DNA from: Candidatus Fervidifonticultor sextus
GTDB taxonomy: Bacteria > Sysuimicrobiota > Sysuimicrobiia > Sysuimicrobiales > Humicultoraceae
Length of the DNA stretch: 64,000 bases
Direction of reading: 5' to 3'
Assembly: GCA_031459875.1 (NCBI GenBank)
Contig: JAVKHQ010000010.1
Location: forward strand, 1 to 64,000
Shown here one piece after another: positions 17,965-28,026 of the stretch. The number at the start of each line of letters is the position of its first letter. Positions within the stretch are counted from its first letter, which is position 1. The notes under the pieces were generated by a model. That model saw only the letters and a program-made list of their open reading frames with translations, made no database searches and was not told the DNA's origin. Made by a program: the position numbers and the translations under genes.

Positions 17965-17999
17965 ATCACGATGATAGTGTTTGGTCATCATGATGTCAA
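17964..17999 (-). promoter_or_regulatory. vapBC promoter with two operator palindromes
   Basis: TTGACA-N17-TATCAT-N6-GTG; CATCATGATG (17986-17995) and CATCACGATG (17964-17973). Confidence 0.8.
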
Positions 18000-18034
18000 C
18001 GCAGCCTGGCGCCGAGATGACCTCTTCCGTGAAG

Positions 18035-19219
18035 TCACTCCAGCCGCTTCTGGAAGCGGACCACGCTGACCGCAAAGAACGCCAGGCCCAACGCGGCGAG
18101 GGGGACGACCTGGTGGTAGAGCATCGCCAGACCGATCCCCTTGAGGATGATGCCGCGGACGATAATCAGGAAGTAGGTCAGGGGCAGCGCGTAGCCGATC
18201 CACTGGATGACCGCCGGCATCCCCTCGCGCGGGAACATGAAACCCGACAACAGGATGGTGGGGAGGAAGGCAAAGAACGACGCCTGCATCGCCTGCCGCT
18301 GGGTCCGTGACACGGTGGAGATCAACACCCCCTGACCGAGCGACGCCAGGTAGAAGAAGAGGGCGAGCAGGTAGAGCAAGGCCAGACTGCCGTGGATCGG
18401 CACCCTGAACCAGAAGGCGGCGATCACCAGCGCCAGGGTGATGTCGGCGTATCCCAGGAGCACGTAGGGCAGGATCTTCCCCAGCATCAACTCGCCCTTG
18501 CGGATCGGCGTGGCCACCAGCAGTTCCAGGGTCCCCAGCTCGCGCTCCCGCACGATGGCCAGGGCCGTCAGCATCATGGTGAGCATCTGCAGCACGACGG
18601 CCAGCAGGCCCGGGACCATGAAGTTCACGCTGCGCAGGTCGGGGTTGTACCAGGCGCGGGTGCGCACCTCCAGCGGGGGGCCGATCCCCCCGGCGGCGCC
18701 GGGGAGCCGTCGGGCCACGATCTCCAGCGAGGTGAGCTGGCCGATGGCCTCGGCGGTCGAGAGGGCGCCGCTGGCAATAAGGGGATCAGAGGCGTCCACG
18801 AGGACCTGCACCTGGGCCGGGCGCCCGGCCTGGAGACGGCGGGCGAGGTCGACCGGCAGCACGATCGCCACCCGGGCATCCCCCCGGTCGATGGCCCGCT
18901 GCACCTGCTCCAGGTCGGCCGCGTAGGCGCGCACATCGAAGCGGCGCGAGTTTGCGAAGCGCTGGATGAGCTGGCGGCTCTCGCGGCTGCGCGACAGGTC
19001 CAGGACAACGGTGGGCAGGTGTTCCACGTCGGTGGTGATGGCGTAGCCGAAGAGCACGAGCTGGACCACGGGCATCACCAGCGCCATGGCCAGGGTCCGG
19101 CGGTCGCGGACCAGTTGGATGAACTCCTTGACGATGATGGCCGTGAGGCGGCGGGCCGCCGGCAGGGCGGCCGCCCGGCGGGGGGTGAGCGCAGTTGCCG
19201 TCCCGGGCCGGTCAGGCAT
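18035..19219 (-). CDS. ABC-2 type transporter permease (YbhS/YbhR-like)
   Basis: KEFIQLVRDRRTL, WYNPDLRS, AIVRERELGTLE, LLSGFMFP. Confidence 0.93.
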   Translation of the reverse strand: MPDRPGTATALTPRRAAALPAARRLTAIIVKEFIQLVRDRRTLAMALVMPVVQLVLFGYAITTDVEHLPTVVLDLSRSRESRQLIQRFANSRRFDVRAYAADLEQVQRAIDRGDARVAIVLPVDLARRLQAGRPAQVQVLVDASDPLIASGALSTAEAIGQLTSLEIVARRLPGAAGGIGPPLEVRTRAWYNPDLRSVNFMVPGLLAVVLQMLTMMLTALAIVRERELGTLELLVATPIRKGELMLGKILPYVLLGYADITLALVIAAFWFRVPIHGSLALLYLLALFFYLASLGQGVLISTVSRTQRQAMQASFFAFLPTILLSGFMFPREGMPAVIQWIGYALPLTYFLIIVRGIILKGIGLAMLYHQVVPLAALGLAFFAVSVVRFQKRLE

Positions 19220-20213
19220 GGAGGGCACCTGCCTGCGCGCTGTCGGCCCGCCCGTCGCCAAATGCACCGTGCAGCCCCACCGCGGTGTCCGGTTCCACCA
19301 GGGAGACGAAGACGTCTTCCAGCGACGGTGGCCGGGGCTCGATTCGGCGAACCCGGATGCCCCGTCCGCGCAGGAACGCCTCGACGGCCGGGGCGGCCTG
19401 GGCCGGCGCGTCGACCACCGCGTGGATGGCGACGCCACGAAGCGCCGCGTCGCGTACCATGGGCGCCTCGCGCAGGGCGGTCATCGCATCCATCCAGGGC
19501 TCGGCTATGATCTCCAGCACGCCCCCGCGCATCGCGGAGGCCTTGATCTCCGACGGCGTGCCCCGGGCGATGATCCGCCCGGCGTGGATAAAGGCGAGCA
19601 TCCCGCAGTGCTCGGCCTCGTCCATGTAGTGGGTGGTGACCAGGACGGTGGTGCCCTCGTCGGCGAAGCGGTAAATCAGTTCCCAGAACTCGCGGCGCTG
19701 CGCCGGATCGGTTCCCGAGGTCGGTTCGTCCAGGAGCAGCAGTTGGGGCCCGTGCAGCACCGCGCAGCCCAGGGCCAGGCGCTGCCGCCACCCGCCCGAC
19801 AGCGTGCCGATGAGGTCGCGGGCGCGTCCCTCCAGCCCGGCCCGCTCCAGCCAGGCCCGGACGGCCTGCCGGCGTTCGCCGGCCCCCAGGCCGTAGACGC
19901 GGCCGTAGAAGTGCAGCAACTCCTCCGCGGTCAGGTCGTTGTAGAGGCTGGAACGCTGGTTCATGTACCCGATGCGCGCCTTGACCGCCTCGGGATGGCG
20001 GACCACGTCGTACCCGAGGACGCGCGCCGAACCTTCACTGGGCAGCAACAGGCCGCACAGCATGCGGATGGTGGTGGTCTTCCCGGAGCCGTTGGGGCCG
20101 AGGAACCCGAAGATCTCCCCGCGGGCGATGGACAGATCCACGTGGTCCACCGCGACGAAGTCGTCGAAGCGCTTCGTCAGACCCCGCGCCTCGATGGCCA
20201 TCTCAGGAGGCAT
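19212..20213 (-). CDS. ABC transporter ATP-binding protein
   Basis: GPNGSGKTT, LSGGWRQR, LLLDEPT. Confidence 0.94.
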   Translation of the reverse strand: MPPEMAIEARGLTKRFDDFVAVDHVDLSIARGEIFGFLGPNGSGKTTTIRMLCGLLLPSEGSARVLGYDVVRHPEAVKARIGYMNQRSSLYNDLTAEELLHFYGRVYGLGAGERRQAVRAWLERAGLEGRARDLIGTLSGGWRQRLALGCAVLHGPQLLLLDEPTSGTDPAQRREFWELIYRFADEGTTVLVTTHYMDEAEHCGMLAFIHAGRIIARGTPSEIKASAMRGGVLEIIAEPWMDAMTALREAPMVRDAALRGVAIHAVVDAPAQAAPAVEAFLRGRGIRVRRIEPRPPSLEDVFVSLVEPDTAVGLHGAFGDGRADSAQAGALHA

Positions 20214-21135
20214 CGGGACCCTGGCGTCCCAGCAGCGATACGAAGACATCCTCCAGGGACGCCTCGATGGGGCGGATCGCTTCCACCGTCACCCCTGCCC
20301 GCCCGAGCGCAGCACCCACCGCCGGCGCGGCAGCCAGATCGCGGACGACGAGGTGCAGGCTGGCGCCGAAGACCGTCCCGCCCAGCACCTCGGGCAGCGC
20401 CCGTGCAGCGGCCAGGGCGGGCCAGCGTGGAGTGGCGAGCACCTCCAGCACGACGCCGCGCATGCGGCCGCGGGTCGCGTCGGGGGTATCCACCGAGAGG
20501 ATGCGGCCCTGATGCATCAGGGCCACCCGGGAGCAGCGCTCGGCCTCGTCCATGTACGGGGTGGCCACGAGCACGGTCATGCCCTGCCGGTTGAGGTGGT
20601 AGAGGATCTGCCAGAACTCCCGCCTGGAGAGAGGATCGACGCCGGTGGTGGGCTCGTCCAGGATGATGACCTCGGGTTCGTGGATCAACGTCGCCGCCAG
20701 GGCCAGCTTCTGCTTCATCCCGCCCGACAGGTGGTCGGCCAGGCGGTGGCGGAACGGCCCCATGCGGCCAAACGCCAGCAGCCGCTCGATCCGCGCGGCC
20801 ATCGCCTGTCTCGGGACGGCGTAGATCTCGGCCACGAACCGCAGGTTCTCGAGTACCGTGAGATCAGTGTAGAGCGAGAATCCCTGCGGCATGTAACCGA
20901 TCCGCGCCTTGATGGCATCGGGGTGGGTCAGCACGTCGAGGCCGGCGATGCGGGCGCAGCCGCCGGTGGGTTCCAGGACGCCGGCCAGCATGCGGAACAG
21001 CGTGGTCTTCCCGGCGCCGTCGGGGCCGACGACACCGAAGATCTCGCCGGCCTCGACGGTCAGCGAGACGCGATCGACGGCCAGGCGATCGCCGAACCGC
21101 CGGGTGAGGTCGGTCGCGAGGATCATCGGCGCCAT
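20203..21135 (-). CDS. ABC transporter ATP-binding protein
   Basis: GPDGAGKTT, LSGGMKQK, ILDEPTTGVDP. Confidence 0.94.
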   Translation of the reverse strand: MAPMILATDLTRRFGDRLAVDRVSLTVEAGEIFGVVGPDGAGKTTLFRMLAGVLEPTGGCARIAGLDVLTHPDAIKARIGYMPQGFSLYTDLTVLENLRFVAEIYAVPRQAMAARIERLLAFGRMGPFRHRLADHLSGGMKQKLALAATLIHEPEVIILDEPTTGVDPLSRREFWQILYHLNRQGMTVLVATPYMDEAERCSRVALMHQGRILSVDTPDATRGRMRGVVLEVLATPRWPALAAARALPEVLGGTVFGASLHLVVRDLAAAPAVGAALGRAGVTVEAIRPIEASLEDVFVSLLGRQGPDAS

Positions 21136-22439
21136 GGCGGTGGCCCGCCGGCCGTTTTGATGACGGCGTCGGCCGGCATGCCCGGTTTCAACACGCGGTC
21201 GCGGTTGTCCAGCGTGATCCTCACCCCGAAGACCTGCTTGACGCGCTCCTCGCGGGTCTGCACGTTGCGCGGCGTGAATTCGGCCTGCTGGCTGATCTCG
21301 GTGACGGTGCCCGCAAAGGGCCGGTGGGGAAACGCGTCCACGAAGACATCGGCTGGCTGTCCGACCCGGATGTGAGCCAGGTCCGGTTCCGGCACGAAGA
21401 CCCGCACCCACACGCGGTCCAGGCGGGCGATTGAGAGCAGGCGCTGGCCGGCGGCGACGACGTCGCCGACCTCCGCGCTCCTGGTCACCACCATCCCGGC
21501 GGCGGGCGCGCGGAGGATCGTGTGGTCGTACTGTGCCCGCGCCAGATCCAGGGCCGCCCGCGCCTGCGCCACCTGGGCGCGGGCGGCGGCGACCTCCTGC
21601 TCCCGCTGCCTGACCAGATCGTAGGCCGCGCGGGCGGCCTGCAGGCCGGCCTGCGCCTGCCGCATCTGCGCGGCTGCGATGGAGGTATCCTGCCGCCGGA
21701 TGCCGACCTGCAGGCGGTTGGCTTCCGCAGCGGCGAGGACGGCCCGCGCCTGGGTCACCTGCCGCTCCGCGGCGGCTTCCTGCGCGGCCGCGGCGTCGCG
21801 CTGCGCGCGCAGCACCCTGACCTGCGCCTGGGCGGCGTCCACCTGCTGCGCCGCGACGGCGCCCGCGCGGTAGAGCTGCTCGAGGCGCTGGAGATCCTGC
21901 TGGGCCCGCACCAGGGTGGCCTCGATCGCCGCCACGTTGGCGCTGGCGGCGCGCGCCGCCTGCTCTGCGGCCGCCACCTGCGCCCGCGCCTGATCCACCT
22001 GCCGGGCGACCTGCCGGGCCTGCCAGTCCTGCGCAATCTCGGCCTGCGGCACCCGGGCGCGTGCCGCGTCCATCTGCGCTTCCGCCTGGGCGACGGCGGC
22101 GGCGGCCTGGGTGCGCTGCGCGCGCAGCGCCACCTCGGCCTGGGCGACCCGCGCGCGGGCGGTCTCGACGGCCGCCTCCGCCTGTGCCAGCATCGCGTCC
22201 ATCTCGGCCGCATCGAGCCGCGCAACGACCTGCCCTGCCCGCACTTCGGATCCTTCGGCCACCAGGAGCTGCGTCACCCGCCCGGGGACCCTGCTGGCCA
22301 CGCTGACCTCGGTGGCCTCTATCGTGCCAAAGGCCCGCAGCGTGCCGGGTGAGGGCGGCGGCCAGAGGGACGTCCGCGCCCACAGGGCCGTCGCGGCGAG
22401 ACCTGCGATCACGATGAGCACGCCCAGGCGCCGCCTCAT
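21123..22439 (-). CDS. HlyD-family membrane fusion protein with a long coiled coil
   Basis: GTIEATEV.VASRVPGRV, long Ala/Gln heptads, AEFTPRNVQT.EER, LKPGMPAD. Confidence 0.92.
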   Translation of the reverse strand: MRRRLGVLIVIAGLAATALWARTSLWPPPSPGTLRAFGTIEATEVSVASRVPGRVTQLLVAEGSEVRAGQVVARLDAAEMDAMLAQAEAAVETARARVAQAEVALRAQRTQAAAAVAQAEAQMDAARARVPQAEIAQDWQARQVARQVDQARAQVAAAEQAARAASANVAAIEATLVRAQQDLQRLEQLYRAGAVAAQQVDAAQAQVRVLRAQRDAAAAQEAAAERQVTQARAVLAAAEANRLQVGIRRQDTSIAAAQMRQAQAGLQAARAAYDLVRQREQEVAAARAQVAQARAALDLARAQYDHTILRAPAAGMVVTRSAEVGDVVAAGQRLLSIARLDRVWVRVFVPEPDLAHIRVGQPADVFVDAFPHRPFAGTVTEISQQAEFTPRNVQTREERVKQVFGVRITLDNRDRVLKPGMPADAVIKTAGGPPPWRR

Positions 22440-23146
22440 GGATCTCCCTCCAGGGGCCCGCCGAGGGCGCGTGCCAGGTGCGCCCCGGCCGGGCTGAGAG
22501 AACCGTGGGTCCCCCTCAGCACGCCGGTGAGGAAGAGCCGTACGTTCTCACGGACGACGGTGGCGTAGGCGGCGTCCGTCATCTTCGCGCCTCCGAGCAC
22601 CTCCAGGACCATCACGGAGGCGATCATCAGCATCGGCAGCGCCCGCGCGGCCACGGCCGGATCCAGGTCCGCCCGGTAGAGGCCGGTCCGCATGCCCTCC
22701 CGCAGGTGGGCTTCCAGGACGCGGGCGGCTGCCAGGGGCAGGAGCCGCATGTATTGCTGACGCGCCGAAGCGCTCAGGTGCGGGGTCGCGGAGAGCATGA
22801 CCTTCACGAACCGGATGTGGGTTCTGATCCGCCGGATCGCTTCGCCGCCGAACGCCTGCAGGACGCGCTCCACCTCGTCGGCCGTTCGGACCCGAGCCAG
22901 CCGGGCCGCCAGGTCTTCGAGCACCCCTTCCATGATGGCCTGTCGGGGGATGTGCGCCAGCAGGTCGTCCTTGCTGCGGAAATAGTTGTAGATCGTACCC
23001 TCGGCGACCCGGGCGGCGCGGGCAATGTCCTGGATGGTGGCGGTGGGGTAGCCTTTCGCCGCGAAGACGCGCAGCGCCGCCTTCAGGATCTGACGCCGTC
23101 GCGCTTCCGTCAGGGCCTGCTTGGCCTGGAGGGTGAGGTGAGGCAC
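22436..23146 (-). CDS. TetR/AcrR-family regulator
   Basis: RRRQILKAALRVFAAKGY..ATIQDIARAARVAEGTIYNYF; start moved to GTG after GGAGG. Confidence 0.93.
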   Translation of the reverse strand: MPHLTLQAKQALTEARRRQILKAALRVFAAKGYPTATIQDIARAARVAEGTIYNYFRSKDDLLAHIPRQAIMEGVLEDLAARLARVRTADEVERVLQAFGGEAIRRIRTHIRFVKVMLSATPHLSASARQQYMRLLPLAAARVLEAHLREGMRTGLYRADLDPAVAARALPMLMIASVMVLEVLGGAKMTDAAYATVVRENVRLFLTGVLRGTHGSLSPAGAHLARALGGPLEGDP

Positions 23147-23163
23147 CGCGGCCTCCAAATTGA

Positions 23164-23181
23164 TGAGTGAGTGCACATTCA
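23164..23181. promoter_or_regulatory. probable TetR operator
   Basis: TGAGTG-AGTGCA-CATTCA inverted repeat just upstream of the tetR RBS. Confidence 0.7.
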
Positions 23182-23233
23182 ATAAGTTAACACGCTGAAA
23201 GGCGGGGCGTGTCAGGAAACATGCGGGCGGGGC

Positions 23234-25735
23234 TCAGCCTTCCGGGTGGCCGCCCGCCGGCGGGTCGGGGTCCGAGGCCGGAGCGGGTTCCCGTTCCGCC
23301 GCCTCCTCGCGGGCCTGCCCGTCCCGCTCGGGGCGCGGCGGGCCGAACCGCCGCAGGTGCTCGGCAAGTTCGGCCAGCCGACGGCTGACCAGGTGGTTGA
23401 CCGTCCCCTCGGGGTAGTTCCCATCGGCGTCGGCGACGCCCGCGGGCATGCCGGTCAGGACCTCGAGTCCTTCGTCGATGGTCCGCACGGCCCAGATGTG
23501 GAACCTTCCCTCCCGGACCGCCTGCGCGACCTCGTCGTTCAGCATGAGGTTGCGCAGGTTCTGGTGGGGGATCAGCACCCCCTGCCGGCCCGTCAGCCCC
23601 ATCGTCTTGCACGCATAGTAGAACCCTTCGATCTTCTCGTTGACGCCGCCGATGGGCTGGATCTCGCCCTTCTGGTTGACCGAGCCGGTCACGGCGATCC
23701 CCTGGTCGATGGGGACGCCCGACAGTTCCGAGAGCAGCGCGTACAGTTCGGTGGAGGCGGCCGAGTCGCCCTCGACCTCCTCGTAGGTCTGTTCGAAGGT
23801 GAGGGACGCGTTCAACGACAGCGGCCGCTGCTGGGCGAACTTGCCGCCCAGGTAGGCCGCCAGGGTGAGCACGCCCTTGGTGTGGATGCGCCCGGACAGC
23901 TGGGTTTCCCGCTCGATGTTCACGACGCCGCGGCTGCCGACGAAGGTCCGGGCCGTGACGCGGGAAGGCTTGCCGAAGGCGTAGTCGCCCAGCATCAGGA
24001 CCGACAGCCCGTTCACCTGGCCGACAGCGGTCCCGTCGGTGCTCACCAGCAACTGGCCGTCGCGGAGCAGCGTCCGGATGCGCTCCTCGACCCGATTGCT
24101 GCGGCGGATCTTCTCATCGATGGCGCGGCGCACATGCTCGGAGGAGACCCGATCTGCGCCCTCGCTCCGAGCCCACGCCGAGGCTTCGTAGATGACATCC
24201 GCCATCTCGTTGAAGCGCATGGAGAGCCGGTGCTGGTCTTCGGCCAGACGGGCGCTGTGCTCCAGGACGCGCGCCACGGCGGCGCGGTCGAAGGGCAGCA
24301 GGCCTTCGCGCCGGCAGATGGCGCCGATCGCCCGGGCGTAGTCCAGCATGGCGTCGGCGGTGCGCTCCACGTCGATGTCGAAGTCGGCCTTGATCTTGAA
24401 CAACTTGGGGAAGTCCTCATCGAACAGGTAGAGCAGGTGATAGATCAGCCAGGGGCCGATCAGGACCACCTTGACGTTGAGCGGGATCGGCTCGGGCCGC
24501 AGCGTCGCCGTGGCGAAGAGGCCGTACTGCTCCGCGATGTTCTCGATGCGGACCTCGCGGCTCTTGAGGGCGCGCTTGAGCCCCTCCCACGCGAACGGCG
24601 AGACCAGCAGGTCGCGGGCCTGGAGGACCAGGTAGCCCCCGTTGGCGCGATGCAGCGCGCCGGGCTTGATCATCGTGAAGTCGGTGACCATGGTGCCGAA
24701 CTCGCCACGGAACTCCGTCTTGCCGAACAGGTTGTAGTACGTCGGGTTCAGTTCCAGCACGACGGGCGCGCCCCTCGCCTGGCTGTTGTCGATGAACAGG
24801 TTGACCTGGTACCGGGTGAACTCGGGCCGCCGGGGCAGGAACGGGAGGGGCGGCGGCTGGGCTTCCTCTTTGAAGTCGTCGTGGCGCTCCACCACGTCGG
24901 CCAGGAGGCGGTCGAGCCACTCCACGAGGCGCGGGTGATCGGCGTAGCGCTGCTTGAGCGCATTCACGGCGTGGCCGGCCACCGACCGCACCGCCGAGCG
25001 CTCCAGTTCGGTCAGCGCCTCTTTGGCTTCGCGCTCGATGTTGCGGACCTTCCGGGTGGCCTCGCCGACGCTTTCCTGCAGCGCCCGCGCCCGGCGCTCG
25101 AGTTCCTCCCGGTGGGCCGGGGAGAGCTGCGCGAGCTGCTCGTCCCCGATCGGCTCCCCCGACGGCGAGATCGGGACGGTCGCGATCCCCACGGGCGTGC
25201 GCTGGAGGGCGAACCCGAGCCGCCGGGCTTCCTGTTCCAGTTCGCGCCAGATCCCGCTGGCCTGCTGCTCGAACTGCTGCATTACCGCGCTGCGCTTGGA
25301 CTCGAACGTCTCGCTGGCGAACAGCTTGCGGATGGCGTCCTTCAGCTCGTCGACGAGCCGCTCCATGTCCCGCCGGAACTGAGCCCCCATCCCCGGCGGC
25401 AGCGAGATCGCCATGGGCTGGTCCGGCTGCCGGAAGTTGTGAACGTAGATCCAGTCGGGCGGCGCCGGCTGCCTGGACGCGATCTCGTCCACCTTGCTGC
25501 GGGTGTAGGTGGTCCGGCCGGTGCCCGGCGGCCCGGCCACGAAGATGTTGTAGCCGGTCTGCGGGACGATCAGGCCGAAGTCGAGGGCGCGGACGGCCCG
25601 GTCCTGGCCTACGATACTGTCCCCGGGCGGCAGGTCGGCGGTCGTCTCGAAGGGCAGGTCCTCCGGCCGGCACGTCCACCGCACCTGCTCGGGAAGGACC
25701 CGACGGGCCTGGCGAAGTTCATCACCGGCGCTCAT
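23234..25735 (-). CDS. Lon-like protease, LonC type (AAA_32 + S16 domain)
   Basis: GQDRAVRAL.FG, GPPGTGRTT, IKPGALHRANGGYL, catalytic EGDSAAS and GGVNEKIEGF. Confidence 0.92.
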   Translation of the reverse strand: MSAGDELRQARRVLPEQVRWTCRPEDLPFETTADLPPGDSIVGQDRAVRALDFGLIVPQTGYNIFVAGPPGTGRTTYTRSKVDEIASRQPAPPDWIYVHNFRQPDQPMAISLPPGMGAQFRRDMERLVDELKDAIRKLFASETFESKRSAVMQQFEQQASGIWRELEQEARRLGFALQRTPVGIATVPISPSGEPIGDEQLAQLSPAHREELERRARALQESVGEATRKVRNIEREAKEALTELERSAVRSVAGHAVNALKQRYADHPRLVEWLDRLLADVVERHDDFKEEAQPPPLPFLPRRPEFTRYQVNLFIDNSQARGAPVVLELNPTYYNLFGKTEFRGEFGTMVTDFTMIKPGALHRANGGYLVLQARDLLVSPFAWEGLKRALKSREVRIENIAEQYGLFATATLRPEPIPLNVKVVLIGPWLIYHLLYLFDEDFPKLFKIKADFDIDVERTADAMLDYARAIGAICRREGLLPFDRAAVARVLEHSARLAEDQHRLSMRFNEMADVIYEASAWARSEGADRVSSEHVRRAIDEKIRRSNRVEERIRTLLRDGQLLVSTDGTAVGQVNGLSVLMLGDYAFGKPSRVTARTFVGSRGVVNIERETQLSGRIHTKGVLTLAAYLGGKFAQQRPLSLNASLTFEQTYEEVEGDSAASTELYALLSELSGVPIDQGIAVTGSVNQKGEIQPIGGVNEKIEGFYYACKTMGLTGRQGVLIPHQNLRNLMLNDEVAQAVREGRFHIWAVRTIDEGLEVLTGMPAGVADADGNYPEGTVNHLVSRRLAELAEHLRRFGPPRPERDGQAREEAAEREPAPASDPDPPAGGHPEG

Positions 25736-25901
25736 TGTGGTGTTTCATTCGGGGGGTAGGGGAACCTCTCCTATCGAAGTTTGGAAGGCGAAGCCCCGGC
25801 GGGCCGGCCGCCGGGTACCGGCAGGGCGGAGGCGATCGGCATGGGGACCCACCGGCTGTATGCCCGCATCGCGGGGATGAAACCGTAGGGGCGCTGCCGG
25901 C

Positions 25902-26771
25902 GTGGTCGACGTCGCCTTCCTCGGGCATTTCGCCAGGGACCGGCTGGTCTGGCGCGGCGTCGCCGAGACCGCGTCGGGGGGCGGCGTCTACTACGGCTCC
26001 CTGGCGCTGCGCCGGCTGGGGTTTTCCGTGGCGGTCATCACGAAGCTGCACCCGGACGACTTCGGCCATCTGGACGAACTGCGCCGCGAGGGGATCACCG
26101 TGTACGCCTCGCCGGCCGGCCAGACCACCGGCATCGAGAACATCTACCCCACGGAAGACATGGACCGCCGGATCTGCCGCCTGCTGGGGTGTGCCGGACC
26201 GTTTACACCCGGAGAGGTCCCGGTCGTCGAGGCCCGCGTCATCATCGTGACGCCGCTGGTGGCCGGGGAAGTCGGCGCCGAGATCGTCCGCCTGCTGGTC
26301 GCGCGCGGCCCGCTCGGCCTGGACGTCCAGGGGTTCGTGCGGGTGCCGATAGACGACTCGCTGGTGACCAGGGACTGGCCGGGGAAAACCAGGGATCTCG
26401 CCGGGGTGAGGTACGTGAAGGCCGACGACGCCGAAGCCGAGGTGCTGACCGGGAAGACGGACATGCGGGAGGCGGCGCGCGCCCTGGCCGCGCTCGGTCC
26501 CCGGGAAGTGGTGCTCACCCACAGGCGCGGCGTGCTGGTCTACGCCGACGGGACGTTCCACGAAGCCCCATTTGCGCCCCGGACCATCAGGGGCCGCACC
26601 GGCCGCGGGGACACCTGCTTTTCGACCTACGTGGCGTCGCGGTTGGACCTGGCGCCAGGCGAGGCGTGCCGGTTGGCCGCGGCAGTGACCTCCCTCAAGA
26701 TGGAGCACCCGGGTCCCTACCGCGGCACCCGCGAAGACGCCGAACGGTTCCTGGCGAGCCCCCCGGGTTGA
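25902..26771 (+). CDS. PfkB-family carbohydrate kinase
   Basis: GGGVYYG, LDVQGFVR, GRTGRGDTCF. Confidence 0.85.
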   Translation: MVDVAFLGHFARDRLVWRGVAETASGGGVYYGSLALRRLGFSVAVITKLHPDDFGHLDELRREGITVYASPAGQTTGIENIYPTEDMDRRICRLLGCAGPFTPGEVPVVEARVIIVTPLVAGEVGAEIVRLLVARGPLGLDVQGFVRVPIDDSLVTRDWPGKTRDLAGVRYVKADDAEAEVLTGKTDMREAARALAALGPREVVLTHRRGVLVYADGTFHEAPFAPRTIRGRTGRGDTCFSTYVASRLDLAPGEACRLAAAVTSLKMEHPGPYRGTREDAERFLASPPG

Positions 26772-26782
26772 CCCCGACTCCC

Positions 26783-27991
26783 ATGAAGATCGGGGTGTTC
26801 GTCGACAGCTACAAGCCGATCGTCACCGGGGTCGTCCACAGCGTGGACCTCCTGCGCAGTGGCCTGGAAGCCCTGGGCCATGAGGTCCATATTTTCGCCC
26901 CCGCCGCGCGGGGGTACCGGGATGTCGAGGATCGGGTGTACCGGTTCCCCGCGATCAACCTGTCCCGCAGGATTCCCTCTCCCCTGGCCCTGCCGGTCTC
27001 GCCCCGGGTGCTGGCGCTCATCCCCCGGCTGGGGCTGGATGTCATTCACACGCAGCATCCGTTCCCTATCGGTCGGCTCGGGGTGACCCTGGCGCGCCGC
27101 CTGGGGGTGCCGGCCGTCTACACCTTCCACACCCAGTACGAGCACTACGTGCACTACGTCCCGCTGCCCCGAGGGTTCGTCCGCGCTGCAGCCCGGTGGG
27201 CGGTCGTCGGCCAGGCGGAGCGATGTCAGCTGGTCATCTGCCCGGCTCCGTCGGTCCGCGACCTGCTCCTCTCCTACGGCATCCGACGTCCCATCGAGAT
27301 CCTGCCGAACCCCATCGACCTCGGGCGGTTCGCAGGCGCAGACGGCGGGGCAGCCCGCCGGCGCCTCGGGATCGCATCCGAAGAACGGGTCCTCCTCTAC
27401 TGCGGACGCCTGGCCAGGGAGAAGAACCTCGCCTTCATGCTTCAGGCCCTGGCAGACGTGCTCGTCCGTCCGCCCGGCGCGCGGCTCCTCATCGTCGGCC
27501 ACGGGACGGAGCGGGCAGCGCTGGCCCGCCTGGCGGCGTCCCTCGCCCTGGGCGACCGGGTGGTGTTCGCCGGCGAGGTGGCGTATGCCGACGTCGCCCA
27601 ATACTACGCGGCCGCGGACCTGTTCGTGATGACGTCCGTGACCGAAGTGAAACCGCTGGCGGTGCTGGAAGCGATGGCCTCCGGACTGCCGGTGGTCGCC
27701 GTCGCCGCCCACGGGCTCAACGACACCGTGACCCACGGCGCGGATGGGCTGCTGACCGACCACGATCCCGCAGCGTTTGCCGATGCCGTCCGGCGCCTGC
27801 TGGCCGACGATGCCGGGCGCCGGATGATGGGCCGGCGCGCCCGGCAGACCGCCGAACAATACGACGTGCGCACCATCGCCCGGCGGCTGGCAGACCTCTA
27901 CGCCGCGGCGCGGGACCTCCACCGGCAGGGGATCGGCGACGGCCGCCGGCAGGGCAGGAGTCGCGCGGCACCGTCCGAAGAAGTGCAGTGA
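26783..27991 (+). CDS. GT4 glycosyltransferase (diacylglycerol glucosyltransferase-like)
   Basis: MKIGVFVDSYKP...GVVHS, HTQHPF, TFHTQYEHY, GRLAREKN, LEAMASGLPVV. Confidence 0.9.
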   Translation: MKIGVFVDSYKPIVTGVVHSVDLLRSGLEALGHEVHIFAPAARGYRDVEDRVYRFPAINLSRRIPSPLALPVSPRVLALIPRLGLDVIHTQHPFPIGRLGVTLARRLGVPAVYTFHTQYEHYVHYVPLPRGFVRAAARWAVVGQAERCQLVICPAPSVRDLLLSYGIRRPIEILPNPIDLGRFAGADGGAARRRLGIASEERVLLYCGRLAREKNLAFMLQALADVLVRPPGARLLIVGHGTERAALARLAASLALGDRVVFAGEVAYADVAQYYAAADLFVMTSVTEVKPLAVLEAMASGLPVVAVAAHGLNDTVTHGADGLLTDHDPAAFADAVRRLLADDAGRRMMGRRARQTAEQYDVRTIARRLADLYAAARDLHRQGIGDGRRQGRSRAAPSEEVQ

Positions 27992-28026
27992 CCCACACCG
28001 GCCTCGTGCCGACAAGGAGGTGGCGC

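Noticed and set aside
23246..25759. Very long opposite-strand ORFs (for example 23246-25759, 38679-41405, 44158-46626, 58260-60449)
   Set aside because: Typical stop-poor antisense frames of high-GC genes; no recognisable motifs, and each lies exactly opposite a well-supported gene.
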